DNA of 64,000 bases from Schmidtea polychroa (GCA_044892525.1 CM097885.1:43464001-43528000), one strand, 5' to 3'; positions 26,534 to 39,851 are shown, counted from the stretch's first letter. Notes: generated by a model from the letters alone, not told the origin. Translations and numbers: made by a program.

Positions 26534-27015
26534 CAGGGTTTTTCATCGTATTTTGACAAGTAAAAAAACTATTATAAATATTTGTAGATGAATTATTTAT
26601 ATAAAATATTTTATTTCTTATAGTTAAAAAAGTCATTTACAACAATTAAATCAAAAAAAACATTATATTGTTATTTTCACAATTTTTAATTAAAAAAACA
26701 AATATAGTCGAAATTTGGAATAAATTGTTTTTAATAATGGCATATATACTGGTTCTCCTGAAGCCAAGGATCTTGGAAATTTCAGACGCGTTATGTCCAT
26801 TTAAATACGCATCCAAAATCCTTTCCCGATCATTATTATTGATATGTTGATTGACCATTAAGGGTGTATTAAAAAATTTTTCATTTGTCAAAATACGGTG
26901 ACACAATGTCAAAATTGATTGACATAATGTCAAAATACGGTGACACAATGTCATAATTGGTTGACACAATGTCAAAATACGATGTCACAATTTCAAAATA
27001 CAGTGAAAAACCCTG
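26534..27015 (-). mobile_element. Internally deleted Tc1/mariner/IS630-like element
   Basis: TA TSD and TIR cagggtttttca..gtattttga. Retains HTH start MVNQHINNNDRERILDAYLNG...ILGFRRTSIYAIIK. ~21-bp tandem repeats (tgacacaatgtcaaaa) at ~26885-27000. Confidence 0.85.
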
Positions 27016-27232
27016 TATAATCAGAGTTGGCTGTGCACTAACACTACATTTAGAGATTTTTGTTTTACTCGTATTTAAATCAAATCAGAGTTAGTTGTGC
27101 AGTGCACTTTGTTTTGGTGGTATTTCTGTGCTGAAAAACGAATTTTAATCAAATTAAAGGTATGTATGAATATATTTAAAATTTTAAAAATTTATATATT
27201 AGTTTGTATTTTGTAGGGTTATCGTTATAATA

Positions 27233-28707
27233 ATGTCTTCAAAAAAATCGGAGGTTTGGATTCACTTTGAAAAACAGTTCTGAGGAGGCGACATGTAGAA
27301 AATGTGGTAATAATATCAAATGTAAAGGATCTTCTACAACTCCACTCATAAATCATTTGAAAAGACATGAAATTTATATCAACAAAAGAACGTCGAATCA
27401 AGAAGAAACTAAAAGTGTCAAATCTTCAAAAATTGTAAATTCACAACAAATTTTAAAGTTAGCAAAATGTGCTGCAAAAGATGGATTTTCAATCCACGCA
27501 ATAACTAATTCATCAGCAATTAGAGAATTTATACATAAAAGAGGATTCGAAATGCCACGTAGTCGAAACACAGTTAAAAACTTATAATTCAGTTTTACGA
27601 ACAGAAACAAGAAGAACTTAAAAACAATCTAAATACAAAAAAAAACAATGAACAAAAATTCAGTATTACAGTCGATGAATGGACGGACATAAATATGAAG
27701 CGTTATATGAATGTTACACTACATAGCAAGAGTATCTGTTATAAATTAGGATTGGCAAAAATCGATGGATCTTGTGACGCTGAAAAAACTAAAAAAATAG
27801 TGAAAGATAAACTTTTAGAATTCGGTATTCAATTTTCAGATATTGTTGCCTCCACGCATGATGGTGCTGCTCTTATGCAGAAGTATGGACGAAATATTTC
27901 TGCAATCAGTCAATTGTGCTACAATCACACCATTCATTTGGCCGTGATTGGTGTTTTTTATAAAAAACAGGAACGGTTACGACATCTGATGATGAAAATA
28001 ATAGCGAATTTGATGAGCAGTCTGAAAACGATTCTGATTATGATTATGAAAATAGTGATATTGAACACGAAAATATGAATTTAGGATTTGATAATACTGG
28101 TGTTAATAATATACTTAAATTTATGTTTAAAAAATTACACGATATTGATTCAGATTTGAGCAATGAAATGTTGACGTCATTAAAAACAGAAATTTTAAAA
28201 CGAAGAAATAAAGAAGTAGTATCTTTGATGAAATTTCTACAAAATTCATCAATCTCCCGAGATGATAATTTTGATGATATTACATATGCTTCGAAACCAG
28301 CAATCTATGCCTATGCAAAAGATACAATGAGTCGATTGTATGCAATTCCAGAAGATGAAAATCATGTGTCTTCGTCCGGATCTGAGGATGAAATTTGCGA
28401 ACCGATTACATTGGTTATGGAATTGAAAAAATCTATAGCTTCCACGAGCAGTGAAAATCCAACAAAATTTCAAAAAAATAATTTTGACTCTTTACAAAAA
28501 GAATTTAAACTTCTTGAAGGCAATGGAAAACTAACTCACAACTTAAAAAAACTTTTGAATGCTCTTAATACGATTCAACCAACCTCCACTAGCAGTGAGA
28601 GAGTTTTCTCGGTGGCTGGTACATTTTCAACAAAATTAAGAAGTAGACTTCAGTTTCCATTGTTGAACGCTTTGGTATTCTTGAAATATTATTTCAATAA
28701 TGAATAA
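27233..28707 (+). pseudogene. BED zinc-finger hAT transposase, frameshifted and internally deleted
   Basis: MSSKKSEVWIHF...CRKC...STTPLINHLKRH, FSITVDEWTD, THDGAALM, LCYNHTIHLAV and QPTSTSSERVFSVAG, spread over several frames. Confidence 0.88.
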
Positions 28708-30136
28708 TAAATTAATAATGATTAAAAATAATAAAACTATATTATTATATACTTTCTTTTTCTTGAATTAAATAAAATGAACTTAAAAACTAAAATATTT
28801 TGATTTTTTTTTCTAAATTTCAGAATTGGCAAATATCCGAATAGTATCCGGATATCCGGATATTTCATGTTTAAGCTATTTGATATCCGGATACCAGAAA
28901 GTCCGGATAATTGACATCTCTAGTTCCGACATTGTTAAAGAATTGAGAATTCTTTAACCAACCGAATGGCTATCTGAAATTAATATGGAATTTGGAGAAA
29001 AAGAAGTAGAATCTCTCTGCCAACTCTTTAATTTACATTTGTAGAAAATTTAAAATGCCTTTAGAGATTACTTTGCTTGCGGTGGTCGTAACATTTTAGC
29101 TGATTTGGAACGGAGAGAAGATCACGCATTTTAATTGATTATGTTGCAAATTTATTCTTTATAAAACTTCATGGACCATCCTTTGGAAATTTGGAATCCA
29201 ATTTTATACGTAAAAACCTGGTTGCGTTCTCATTGATCCGCTACTGATCAGCAATCTAAAAGAGCAGGGGCAAATGATGAAATTGTGTGTGATCCTATTT
29301 AGAGGTTTTTGTAGTACACTATAAATGTACTACATAAACATAATAATAACTTTAAGATTCTTATTTTTATTTTTTTATGAATTTCTTATTTATGTGTTTG
29401 TTAATATTTTGTAAAGTAAAAATAAAAAAATATAAAAAACTTACAAGGAAACCAATAGTTTGCTTAAAATTAGATGATCTCCGAAAAACTTTCAGGAAGC
29501 TGCTTGTGGAAAATCGCGGACTATTTTTTTGCTCTCACTGTATTCAGAATTACTTCATTACAGCTGCTGGGGTAGTGCTCGGTTGACCCCAACCAATCTA
29601 CGCCCTTGTCTAGGGGATGCGTGTCCATTTCGTTATGCTACCTATACCTATGTCAACCCGGAGCAGGACCCCGCACAACTTATCCTCCAACATAGCACCC
29701 GTGAATTGCTTCACGTTGGAAATGTGCTATGCCGGCGAGACGCCAGTAAGCAGGTGAGCCCCTACCTTAGGATTACTCCTTACTGAGGCCTCGATTTCCC
29801 CTTTCTGACTGCCGATGGAAGGACTTACGTCTGATCACCTCATCAGATTCTCTCTCTACCCTGACCCAAAATTAGATACAAAATTGACTATTGCCTCTCG
29901 AACTCAGAAATTTACTCTCGCTTTGTGAACACTACCCTGAACCTTTACAACAACTAGTTAAATCAAAACAACAACAAAAGATAACCAAAATTGCTTTATT
30001 CTATTATTATAATCCACTATACGGTTAAGCACTACATGACAAGTACAAATTAGTGGAAAACGGGTTAAGAGGAAGAGAAGTCATGATAGTTTAGTTGCCA
30101 ATTAACACTCTGCCTGGTTGTATTGTGTTGCGATTC

Positions 30137-30880
30137 TCACTTCTCCCATTCTGCATCCGCCAATAATTCCTCCAGATCGAAAAACTCGGAGGCATTCTCC
30201 TCCCAAGTCACACTAGCGGCAGAGATGATTCGCCCTGGGATCCCTACGGTTAAATCGATCGTTACGGGGGGATCATTCGAAGTACTTGGGTGGTCGGAAG
30301 ATGGTTCACGTTGTTTGACGATCGCTCGATCACGTTGACGCTTTTTACGCTCCGCTCTGGATAATTGACGACGCTTAGGTTTCGAAGGGTTGACAGACGG
30401 TATTACTGAGGATGTCGTAGTTGATGGCAATGCCTTGCTGGTACCGAGAATAAGTACGTCCGTTGGCCTGGGGGAGAGGTCGGCCTCTACGCACTCACGA
30501 CAAGATTTTTTAGATAAAGGTGGTGAATTGAATGAAGGGTCATGGTGGACGGAGAAGATATTGTCCGCTTCTTTAATGGGGATACTAACGATCTTCCGGG
30601 TTGTTGCTGCTTGGACGTAAACTTTATGTAGAGCTTCGGACTGCTCTTTGATCAGGCTACGCTGAGATCTACTTTCGTTTATCAAAGCATCGCGACAATG
30701 CTCGCTGCGGTACAATTTCTTTCGTACCTCCTTCATTTGTACTGGGCTAAACCATGTACCTTCCAGATCGTCGATTTTCTTTTTATATCGACCGATCTGG
30801 GCCTGTAATTCTCTGATTACGGTGTTTTTGTCGGCGCAGGAGAAGCAGGGTTTGAGAGACGACTTCGAGCTTGGCAACAT
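30137..30880 (-). CDS. Orphan 247-aa protein (CxxC, coiled coil, basic NLS-like stretch, acidic C-terminus) in a GC-richer island
   Basis: Intact ORF. Minus-strand acceptor ttgtttctcttcgttatag lies 9 nt before the ATG and minus-strand AATAAA is at 29995-30000. No family recognised. Confidence 0.55.
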   Translation of the reverse strand: MLPSSKSSLKPCFSCADKNTVIRELQAQIGRYKKKIDDLEGTWFSPVQMKEVRKKLYRSEHCRDALINESRSQRSLIKEQSEALHKVYVQAATTRKIVSIPIKEADNIFSVHHDPSFNSPPLSKKSCRECVEADLSPRPTDVLILGTSKALPSTTTSSVIPSVNPSKPKRRQLSRAERKKRQRDRAIVKQREPSSDHPSTSNDPPVTIDLTVGIPGRIISAASVTWEENASEFFDLEELLADAEWEK

Positions 30881-33359
30881 TTTCGATGACTATAACGAAG
30901 AGAAACAATAAAGACAAAAATAAAACCAGCTATTTCTATTAAACCAGCATGGGACATAATCATTTATTAATTTTCGTACAAGCTATACATTACTTTTAAT
31001 GTAGTCCAAATTAAATCGACGTAAAAGGGATCATAATGACGAGGTGAAGAGAGTCTTCGATTAGTTGATACTAAATCCGAAGGTTATCTACCTGCATGTT
31101 GATTTACCAGCCAGGACCCCCTTCCCTGTAGTGTAATAGAGCAAATTGCCGTCGACCAAATTCATAATTAATTAGACGTGGGGATATTCGACCTCCTTTC
31201 ATAAAAATAGACGACGTAATTGATCGGATAATTAATAACTTCATCAAATAATATCTTTTAAAATTAACTACCAAAATTTTATCGCTAATGCATTCTGATT
31301 CCTCGACTAAATAGAGTATTGTTTTTCAAAGACATAATTCAAGAATCCCACCCCGACGCGCGGACATGCATAAAAAATATTAATCAGTAGCTGCAGGTTC
31401 CCTGGTTAACACTAAATTGTTATAAGTATATGCAAGCCCGCCTTGCTGTCATCCATTGTTATACTGGTGTTCAAAATTAGCATTCCACAAATTAAAATTT
31501 AATATAAGATATAATTAGTCACACGTAGAAAACACCCGCAATAAAATCAATCTCATAAAAATAACTTTCTAAAATAGATAATTGAAACATGAAATAGGTA
31601 GTCTGATATCGATCTGAATCAACCCCGCCGTGTGTGTGTATTTCAATTCCTATTCTCAGCGTCATTAGCTGACTGGGAAAATACTGCATGTGGCATATGT
31701 AAGTATGTACTGGTGTGTATTAGTGCGTGTGACTTGTCTCGTATGTTCTCATTATCTAACGTTAAAGTTTTACAGCTGATCATATTACACCGCGAGTTGG
31801 ATTTATTTCGTTTAATCAATATGCTACCTATGATTACTTCTCATCGAACGTGGACATTGGATTTTATTCTCATGATGTGCAGTCTCCTTCGCTTTCTACC
31901 TGGATATTATTATTTTGTAGATGTTTTCGGCAACTCATTCGAAAGATCTTCCCCTGGACAATATTGGTCGAAGGTGTCTTTTACTGAAAGGACTTCATGT
32001 TACCGCTATTGTAAATTTCAGGAGAAATGAAAACCGTTTGGTGGAAATTAAAGTGTTTATCGAAAAATGTCTTCATATTAAAAATATGTTGAATAAATTT
32101 TCGTTTATACTCCTATACTATTATTTAACATTTAACGAACATATTAGTACCCAGTTTCTCTATTGACGTGAACTTTGACAGAAGAGTGTTTTATCACCAG
32201 AAGATGGAGTGTAGGTTGATGCAAATAGACGATTACTGATGTCGGATGAAATTTCAGAGTGTGATGTCTAAGAAATAAGAATTTGTAGCCACCTCAGTCA
32301 TTGTCAGTTAAGATTACTCTCCTTTTTCAACATTGAAATGTACTCCACCCTACTTTAAACTATTTCTTGCAGAACTTTATTACCTTCAGCGACGGACCCG
32401 TGAGGAAACCCCCACATTCCGGCCCACGTCAGCTGCGTGATTGAAGAGATCCACACCCGCCGGCTGAGCTCCCGAAGGCTCCTCACACCATGGCGTGGGT
32501 CTCCTCAACTCCACGTTTCTCAAATATAATTTTATCATAATCAATAAAGCTCGAAGATAAAAACATATCATAAATATTCATATATCATTAGTTTTTAAAT
32601 TAAATCATGAAACTGTATTAACATTAAAAAGTGAGATCGAATGAAGAAGTTTTATTAAATATGTTACGTTAATGTAATAAAATATTTAATCCTTGAAAAA
32701 CATTTACCAAATTGTACAATAACAACACATCCTTACTTATCGTTCGAAAATCGGTGATTCCAAAAGGCTGAGCCGAAAAAGCTAATCAAATCGGTTATAG
32801 AAATAGATCGTCGATAGAATTGTTCCTAATAGTCGTCAGAGTGTCCGGTGATTGTCTGGATAGTCGAGTACCTGTAATTGGTTTGGTTTAACATTGTAAC
32901 ATAACACTATTTTCTTACCTGTAATTGGTTTGGTTTAACATTGACTATAGTGAGTTTGCTGTTTACTTATATAGGCATTTTTCGTTTATGCGGATTAATC
33001 AGAATTGAGTACCGCTTAATTTTATTACTTTAATTTATTTTTCTTGTTTTTGAGTTATTTCTTCCTATTTTCTTTATTTTTATTGTGTTTTTATTTATTT
33101 TCCTTAATTTCCTTATTATTTACTACATTTTACGTTATTTTTCGTCATTCTATTGTCCTATTTTAATTTTTCTTATTTTTATATTTTTTGTTTTAATTCT
33201 TATTTTCTAATTATTGTTTTTTCTTATATTCTATTCTATTTTATTCGTCAATCTGTTAATTTTATTTTTATTTTACTTTAGTTATGTTTAACCTAATTTC
33301 TTAGATACCCTTCGACTCAGCCCAACACAGCAAAAAAGTATAATATAACAGTACACTAT

Positions 33360-33505
<146 letters not shown>

Positions 33506-34052
33506 ATAACAGCAATAATAATAATTATAATAATTGTTATTAGTAATAATAGAATTATTAAAAAAAGGTGATAATGAGAAACAATGGCTATAACAACACT
33601 AACTATATATTTTGTTTTTCATATATTAACAAATTAATTGGAAATATTCTATTGTTATATGCTCATAAATGTGATATTTGATTTATATGGTAGAAATTAT
33701 AACAAACTAAAAACCATTAATATTAATAAATAACTATAATTTAATATAATTTCTACTTGTATCAAATTGTTTAACAAAAACTGTATCAAAATGAATTTAT
33801 AAACTTGTATAAATTATAATGAAAATTCATAATTTTCGGGGCCTTTTACTATTTTATTTTTAATTATTTTCCTGATTATATAATTAATTCAATTTCAATT
33901 TTATTTTGATGTTCTATAATGAGAAATAAATTTTCAGAAGAAATTTAATACAAAATTTTCATACATCAAATTTTTTTTCAAAAACAAATTAAGTTCAAGC
34001 TAAAATAAATTAATTCGATTAATTTAATTATAAATAATAATTGATTAATTAG

Positions 34053-34116
34053 ATGCAAATTATTTTGGAATGGGTTTTACGGTTTTGTTTTATAAGTTCA
34101 GCGTCGGTTTTCTCTA
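34053..34116 (+). CDS. Kringle/F-type-lectin-like gene, exon 1 (signal peptide)
   Basis: MQIILEWVLRFCFISSASVFS followed by a 51-nt phase-1 intron gtaaaa...aatag (34117-34167). The intron is in-frame, so retention cannot be excluded. Confidence 0.65.
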
Positions 34117-34167
34117 GTAAAATTAATTTATGGACCTTTCATAATCTTGATGAATTATTTATAATAG

Positions 34168-34425
34168 AAGATTTGCTTTCTGAGCATTGTGAAGTGAGAA
34201 AATATTCAAATGATTACATAGGAAAAATAAATATGACAGTTGACAATGAAATTTGCATGGATTGGATTAAATTTGTAAATATTTACGATTATAAAAACGA
34301 AGATTTCCCTGATAAAAGCATCGTAGCAGCCAAAAATTATTGCAGGAATCCATTCAAACAACAAATGACGTCATCATGTATTAATGGAAAGCGATTTATT
34401 AGCCCATGCCCAGTCCCTGTTTGTA
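34168..34425 (+). CDS. Exon 2: Kringle domain 1
   Basis: Six-Cys kringle pattern C..YIG...CMDW...NYCRNP...C...CPVPVC. Donor gtaagt at 34426. 258 nt, phase 1-1. Confidence 0.85.
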
Positions 34426-35179
34426 GTAAGTTTTTAAATCATGTATTGCTTTATTTATTTGTACGAAAATATGATACTTAATAAACTAGAGTAAGTTAGA
34501 TTACATTCAGCGATGTTGAGGATAATAATAATAATAATGTTGAGTATTTACTACATGTCGGTACTAGTTTCTGACTCCTCGGTGTCGTTATTCAAGTAAA
34601 TCAAACAAATTGCCACAATAGTTTACAACAATTTTATATCCATATGATTTTCAACGACACTTCAAATCTAACACTTTTCAATAACAATTTTAATTTGCAC
34701 AGTTTTCAATTATAATTTTATTCTTTCACGCCGGAATAAGTCTTCCGACGGGAGATATGTCTTCTGGTATGCTAAGAATACAATATTATGGGTTCGCACT
34801 AAGTTATCCTTTTTTTATTGAATTGGTTTAATGATATGGCTTCTCTTGAATTTATTAATTTATTTTACTAATTTGTCAATTTAGGGCTCTCGGAGTTTTC
34901 ACATAGCTCATTTGCCTTGTGTAAAATTTTATTAACTTTTATTTGAAGCTCGATTTCACTAACTCTAATTAGATAATTTTGTTGACAACGCGGGTTTCTC
35001 ACACTGCTCGGTTTTCCATTAGCTAATTAATTTTAATTTTTAAATATTTTCTTCTATGGAGCCACCCTCCCTATTTTATTTTATTATAATTGAATTCGTC
35101 TCTTCATTTGGCATGCACCTATACCAGTTTACCCTGTAAACTATTTTAATAATTTTTTATTTAATCTTTACACTTTATT

Positions 35180-35180
<1 letters not shown>

Positions 35181-35275
<95 letters not shown>

Positions 35276-35297
35276 TATAATTATAATTATAATAATA
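35181..35297. repeat. (TAA)n microsatellite followed by two half-copies of the hairpin repeat (~35298-35410 and ~35497-35610)
   Basis: aaagtgatgatt.cttg.tag.ag.att...aagccttttgctgc.aataat...ttttcgactata matches the arm of the palindrome at 60574-60757. Confidence 0.85.
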
Positions 35298-36039
35298 AAG
35301 TGATGATTTCTTGGTAGCAGCATTTATTATTTAAAACAATAAAATGATAATTTAAGCCTTTTGCTGCAAATAATGTATTTAATGAAAAAATTTTCGACTA
35401 TAAAATAGTAATAATAATAATTATAAATATTATGTCAATTGAAAAGAATTCAGTGGTTAAAATTTTAAAAAGTTCTTATAATACAATAATAATATAAAGT
35501 GATGATTACTTGATAGGAGTATTAATTAAATTTTAAAACAATTAAATGATAATTTAAGCCTTTTGCTGCGAATAATATATTTAATACAAATGAAAAAATT
35601 TTCGACTATAACAGCCATTTTCAAATTCACACATATTTTTAAAATTTATTAATTTTTATGGATGATGTTACTCTTATTTTATTTCATTATGCATTATCTA
35701 GAAACTTTGTATTAAAAGATAATTAATAAAATTTCCATGAAGATCTTTAAGAATATAAGCTTTCGGTTTGCGTTGGTTCGATATCAATTAACGGCGCGAA
35801 TCAGAGTGCCTAAATACTTTTTAAACATATCTTTAATTATTCTACATTTTTATTTTATATATATTTGGTAATTACAAATAGCGCTTGAATAACGTGGTAC
35901 TCTATTTTTGGTTTTTTTTTCTAACAATGGTTAAATTATTTGGAATATGATTTGTAATATTTAATTTTTTTTTGAATTCCTAGTCTTGTATAAAATAATT
36001 GTGAATAACCAGGAACCATTTAATCGCTTCGTTCTATGG

Positions 36040-36266
36040 CAGGGGTTCGTAACCTTTTCAAACTTATGGACCCCATAAATATATAATTGGTACCGACAGA
36101 CCCCTGAAATGTTAAAAAATTAATAAATTGATAGTAAAACACATACATTTTTTAATAATTATTTATAAATCTGTTTATTCAGCTTCAAACAAAAATAATA
36201 AAAGATTTTTGTAAATAGTTCCGCGGACCCCCTGGGGGTCCATGGACCCCAGTTTAAGAACCACTG
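36040..36266. mobile_element. hAT-Charlie-type MITE
   Basis: Ends caggggttcgtaacc / tttaagaaccactg; TSD ttctatgg/ttctaggg (7 of 8). Confidence 0.8.
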
Positions 36267-36802
36267 TTCTAGGGCTACCGGTAATTAATTAGGTTTAATG
36301 TAAAATTAAATTAAATATTAATTTTATTAGGTTGAATGTAAAATTAAATTAAATATCAATTTGAGATCATATGATTTCTGAAATTTATTCTACGTAACTG
36401 TGACTATTAGACAAAATTCAAATAAAAAAGTTAAATTTATTGTGAATATATACACCTAAACCATTTCTAAACGATCCAAGAAATTATTTTATATCATTCT
36501 AACATGCTATATAGAAATATATGTAATCTAAATTGTTTCATATGCATTAACAAATTATAAATATCTGGTAAACCTCCTCTCATTATCTCAAATTTTTGTA
36601 TTTTCGTTCGTGACCCCAGATTTATTTTCAGTTTCAGATAACCTTCACTTTGCCCTTAACTGCACCGGTCTCATATAGTTCTTTTACCTCCTCTCCTTCG
36701 ACCTTGCAACACATTAGTTTATTCTAATCCGATGGTCACACTAAAATTTCTTTTAGTTTCCTGGCCCTTCGATTATCATTCGACCTATCTCTTCTTTTAG
36801 AA

Positions 36803-37291
36803 CAGGGGTGGCCAACCTTTTTGGTAAAAGGGCCATTACAATATTTTTGAATAATGCGGCGGGCCGCAGGTTTGAAAGGCGTAAATTTTTAACTAATGCT
36901 TCTGTGCTAATTCCAACTAAGGAACAGGAGAAGCGAAGTAATAGCCCGTAGTGGGGTCTGAGACAACCGCTAAAAAACAATAAAGCATTTGCGTGCATGT
37001 TAAATAAATTATGCTTCTTAGGTACAGGATAAACTGGCACTATTTATACTTGATAGCCCTGATTATAAAGCACAATGAATCGGGCAAATTTTCAAAATGT
37101 AGCATACAAAACTAATTGGTTAAAATAGATAAAAATATGAAATAAACAATAAATTTTGTTCAATATTTACCGGCGGCCCATTATTACATTTTTTGTATTA
37201 TGTCGTATTTTAAAAAGTTTTTATTATATTTTCAAAATATTAAAGCATGCGGGCCGCAAACGGCCCGCGGGACGCCGGTTGGCCACTCCTG
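36803..37291. mobile_element. hAT-Charlie-type MITE
   Basis: TIR caggggtggccaacc / ggttggccactcctg; perfect TSD ttttagaa; gcgggccgc subterminal motifs. Confidence 0.92.
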
Positions 37292-37329
37292 TTTTAGAAC
37301 AATCTTTTAAAATGTTAATTCCAAAATAC

Positions 37330-37925
37330 ATTAAAGTGTTACATTTATCCAGTAAATCCCTAGCGAGATGTCCCAATTTCTCCGCCCCTTGTTTGCAGTA
37401 TCGTGCAATGTGATTTATATCCCCACGATTATTAAATTTTTATTTGTCTTGAAATCATATTTTTTGATCCACCTATCCTTTTAGGTGATGATTGTTGGAT
37501 ATGATTAAAATTGGATATCACTTTTAATTTTCTTAACTTCTCCAGAGACTTTAAATTTCAAGTGTATTTTTGTCAATTCCCATATGTCTGTTTTGATGAT
37601 CAATTTCTTCTTTTGTAATTTCACTATTTGATTCCCAAACATGTGAAATGCGTTTATCATGCTCCTTTTTTTGTTCACAATCCTTTTTAATTAAATCCAC
37701 AACTTTTTCTAGGATTTTTGGTTTAAGTACTTTTGAAGTACTCATATAACGCCATTTCTGAGACATTTTCCTAAAACCAAAAATTCAATTCTCAATTTAT
37801 CCTCTTTTATGTCTTTTGTAGGTCTTCTCACATTTTTACTGAAATTTATAATGTACTCTCCTACTTCCGGTTTTGTACTTAGAAGATGTCCCATCTTCCT
37901 TGCTTTCTCCTTTATTGGAAACATC
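37330..37925 (-). pseudogene. Degenerate retroelement gag fragment
   Basis: Broken ORFs ending in zinc-knuckle remnants GDINHIARYC and KLGHLARD. Confidence 0.45.
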
Positions 37926-37936
37926 TTGATCCAATC

Positions 37937-38529
37937 AGAAGTAAAGAAACTGTTGACTTTACTATCAGTAAAGGTTCATCATCATTTTATAAGGAACAAT
38001 TATTTATTGATTAAAGATTACCGAATTTCGTTTTAGTTGCTTTTAAAACTGAATCTTAATTTAAGGGAACATATAAGGAACATAAATAACCATTCTTTAC
38101 CTTTGTTTTGTCTCCAGATTTTGATTCTAATCAAAGTCAATTACCACAACAAGAAAATTTAAAATTGAGTATAAAGTTTAATAAATCACTTGATGAGTCG
38201 ATATATGTATACGGAGTTTTCGAAAGAGAATTACAAATTACTGCAAGTCGATCAATATTAGTTTGAACATAGTTCAAACGATGGTCAGACAAGTGCGCAC
38301 AAGACATATCCTCACAGTGACAGGTGCACACGATGACAAATGCTCACATAGACAAATGCGCACAAAAGAATAAAAATATGGATTTGCAGTAAATAATTTT
38401 ATATTAAAATTGCATGCATTTATAATAATAATTAAATAATAAATATGTACAACAGAATTTTTATTTATTGCATATATTGTCACATTAATTAAATATAAAA
38501 CTTGAAAAACGCCAAAAATTGACAGACCG
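37937..38529 (+). repeat. Near-identical duplicate of 44470-45062, containing the C-terminal part of the Polinton capsid gene (stop at 38264-38266)
   Basis: 593-bp match with about 3 visible substitutions. Confidence 0.93.
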
Positions 38530-38931
38530 GACACGGTTGATTATACATATTATACAGGGTTTACATTTTAATTTAATATTTTTTAAATTTAATATAATCA
38601 ATTTTAAGTTTAATTTAATTCCATTTAATTTTAAAAGATAAACAAAAATGATAGGAAAGAGTGTTATACAAGAAATTAAACCATTTCAACACTTAACATT
38701 TATTAAAACTCTTTCCTTTTAATGCTTGTGTGACAAAAACTAACATTTTAAAGAAATTCGATGCATTCACTTTCTGTTATTCATTTTATCGTTGAAATTA
38801 TAGCTGACATAGATTCTTCACTCGTGTTTACATTGTATGCTTTGATTAGGTCAATCCATTCCGTCGGCAATTCTCAAGAACTGAATTTTGTCAACTTCGA
38901 AAAGTGTAAAAATTCGATCTAAGCACTGATC
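38529..38931 (+). repeat. Duplicate of 50589-50991
   Basis: 403-bp block ggacacggttgattatac...aagcactgatc is identical by eye at both loci. Confidence 0.93.
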
Positions 38932-39365
38932 GATTCTTTATCAAAATTTTCCCTCGATTCAATCTCCAACAAAATCTCTGAATCTAAATATCGTTCTAAT
39001 AAACGAACTTTATACTCTTCTTCCATTTCAAACATATTTAGAAACGATGTAATGTTTTTTGATATCTTTTTTGCATCTTCTTGGCTGTAAATATAAAGAT
39101 CCCTCTAGTTTTTTGTGACTGCATATATTTGACAAAGATATTGTCAAATTTGACTGCTTGTGACACAATGTTGAATTTATACGATAATAATATTATTATT
39201 CAAAATTAATAAATAAAATAAAATTATTCAAAAACTATATACATTATATTTTTCTTTATATTACATACCAACACGTCAAAATGATATTTTTATAGCATTT
39301 ATCATGATTTTAATATGGCATTAAAGTAATTAAAAATATACTTAAATATAGCAATCAACTCAAAT

Positions 39366-39851
39366 CAGTGGCGTGGCTAAGGGGGTGTAAAGGGTTAAAC
39401 CCCCGCCCCATTGGATTTTTCATGTACAAATTTTTTACGACGTCAAGTGCCTAAAAGATCATTCACCTAAAATAAAATGACAATAGACGATTTTATTTTT
39501 AGGCTTATAAATCTCTCCTCTTCTTTGGACTGTTACTGTTGACTGTTGTTCACTTGAAAGTTGAAAGTCTTTAATAAATTTGAACTTTTTAATTTTAATG
39601 GAATCTTCATTTTCCATTTGTCATAAAAATAAAAATAAAAAAAAATAACAACAATTAATATTAATTTTTTTTAACAATTTATACAATTTTAATCAATCAG
39701 TCTGATAATATCAGACACCTTGATCACGAGGGGCTTCGCACTTTCGGCACCCTCATTCGTCCACGCTTGAAATGACTGACCATAATATTAATAAATATTT
39801 CTCAACTCCAACCCGTCAACATCCATTCATAAATTCCTGGCTACGCCACTG
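39366..39851. mobile_element. hAT MITE
   Basis: TIR cagtggcgt.gc; perfect 8-bp TSD actcaaat (39358-39365 and 39852-39859). Confidence 0.92.

Larger units (their letters stand above)
26383..28922 (+). mobile_element. Ac-like hAT transposon with BED-finger transposase (defective)
   Basis: TIRs TAGGGATGGCAAT/TAGAGATGTCAAT, perfect 8-bp TSD gttccgac (26375-26382 and 28923-28930), and subterminal ATCCGGAT arrays at both ends. Confidence 0.92.
23130..29540 (+). mobile_element. Decayed KIAA1586-like hAT transposon hosting nested insertions (boundaries approximate)
   Basis: Frameshifted pieces LSIILEESTT...FLFLDLVEL and KSGVG...ITWHCLN|HRLELSVGDA (joined across the 24360-25684 insert), LNVRWVGSSFRAV and FIQDLTLMYDVL. 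Resumes after 28930. Possible right end ...ctctcactg at 29540. Confidence 0.7.

Noticed and set aside
29780..29860. Possible hammerhead ribozyme (minus-strand CTGATGA); also ctgacga near 5890
   Set aside because: Could not build stems I-III with a correctly placed GAAA and cleavage triplet.
35298..35410. C/D snoRNA (gtgatga box C-like start of the TAA-linked repeat)
   Set aside because: No terminal CTGA box D or closing stem; the sequence is one arm of a palindromic repeat.
38137..38534. Duplicated minus-strand Cys/His-rich ORFs (also 44670-45109)
   Set aside because: They come from the antisense of the capsid relic plus a 15-bp tandem array; their identity reflects the recent DNA duplication.
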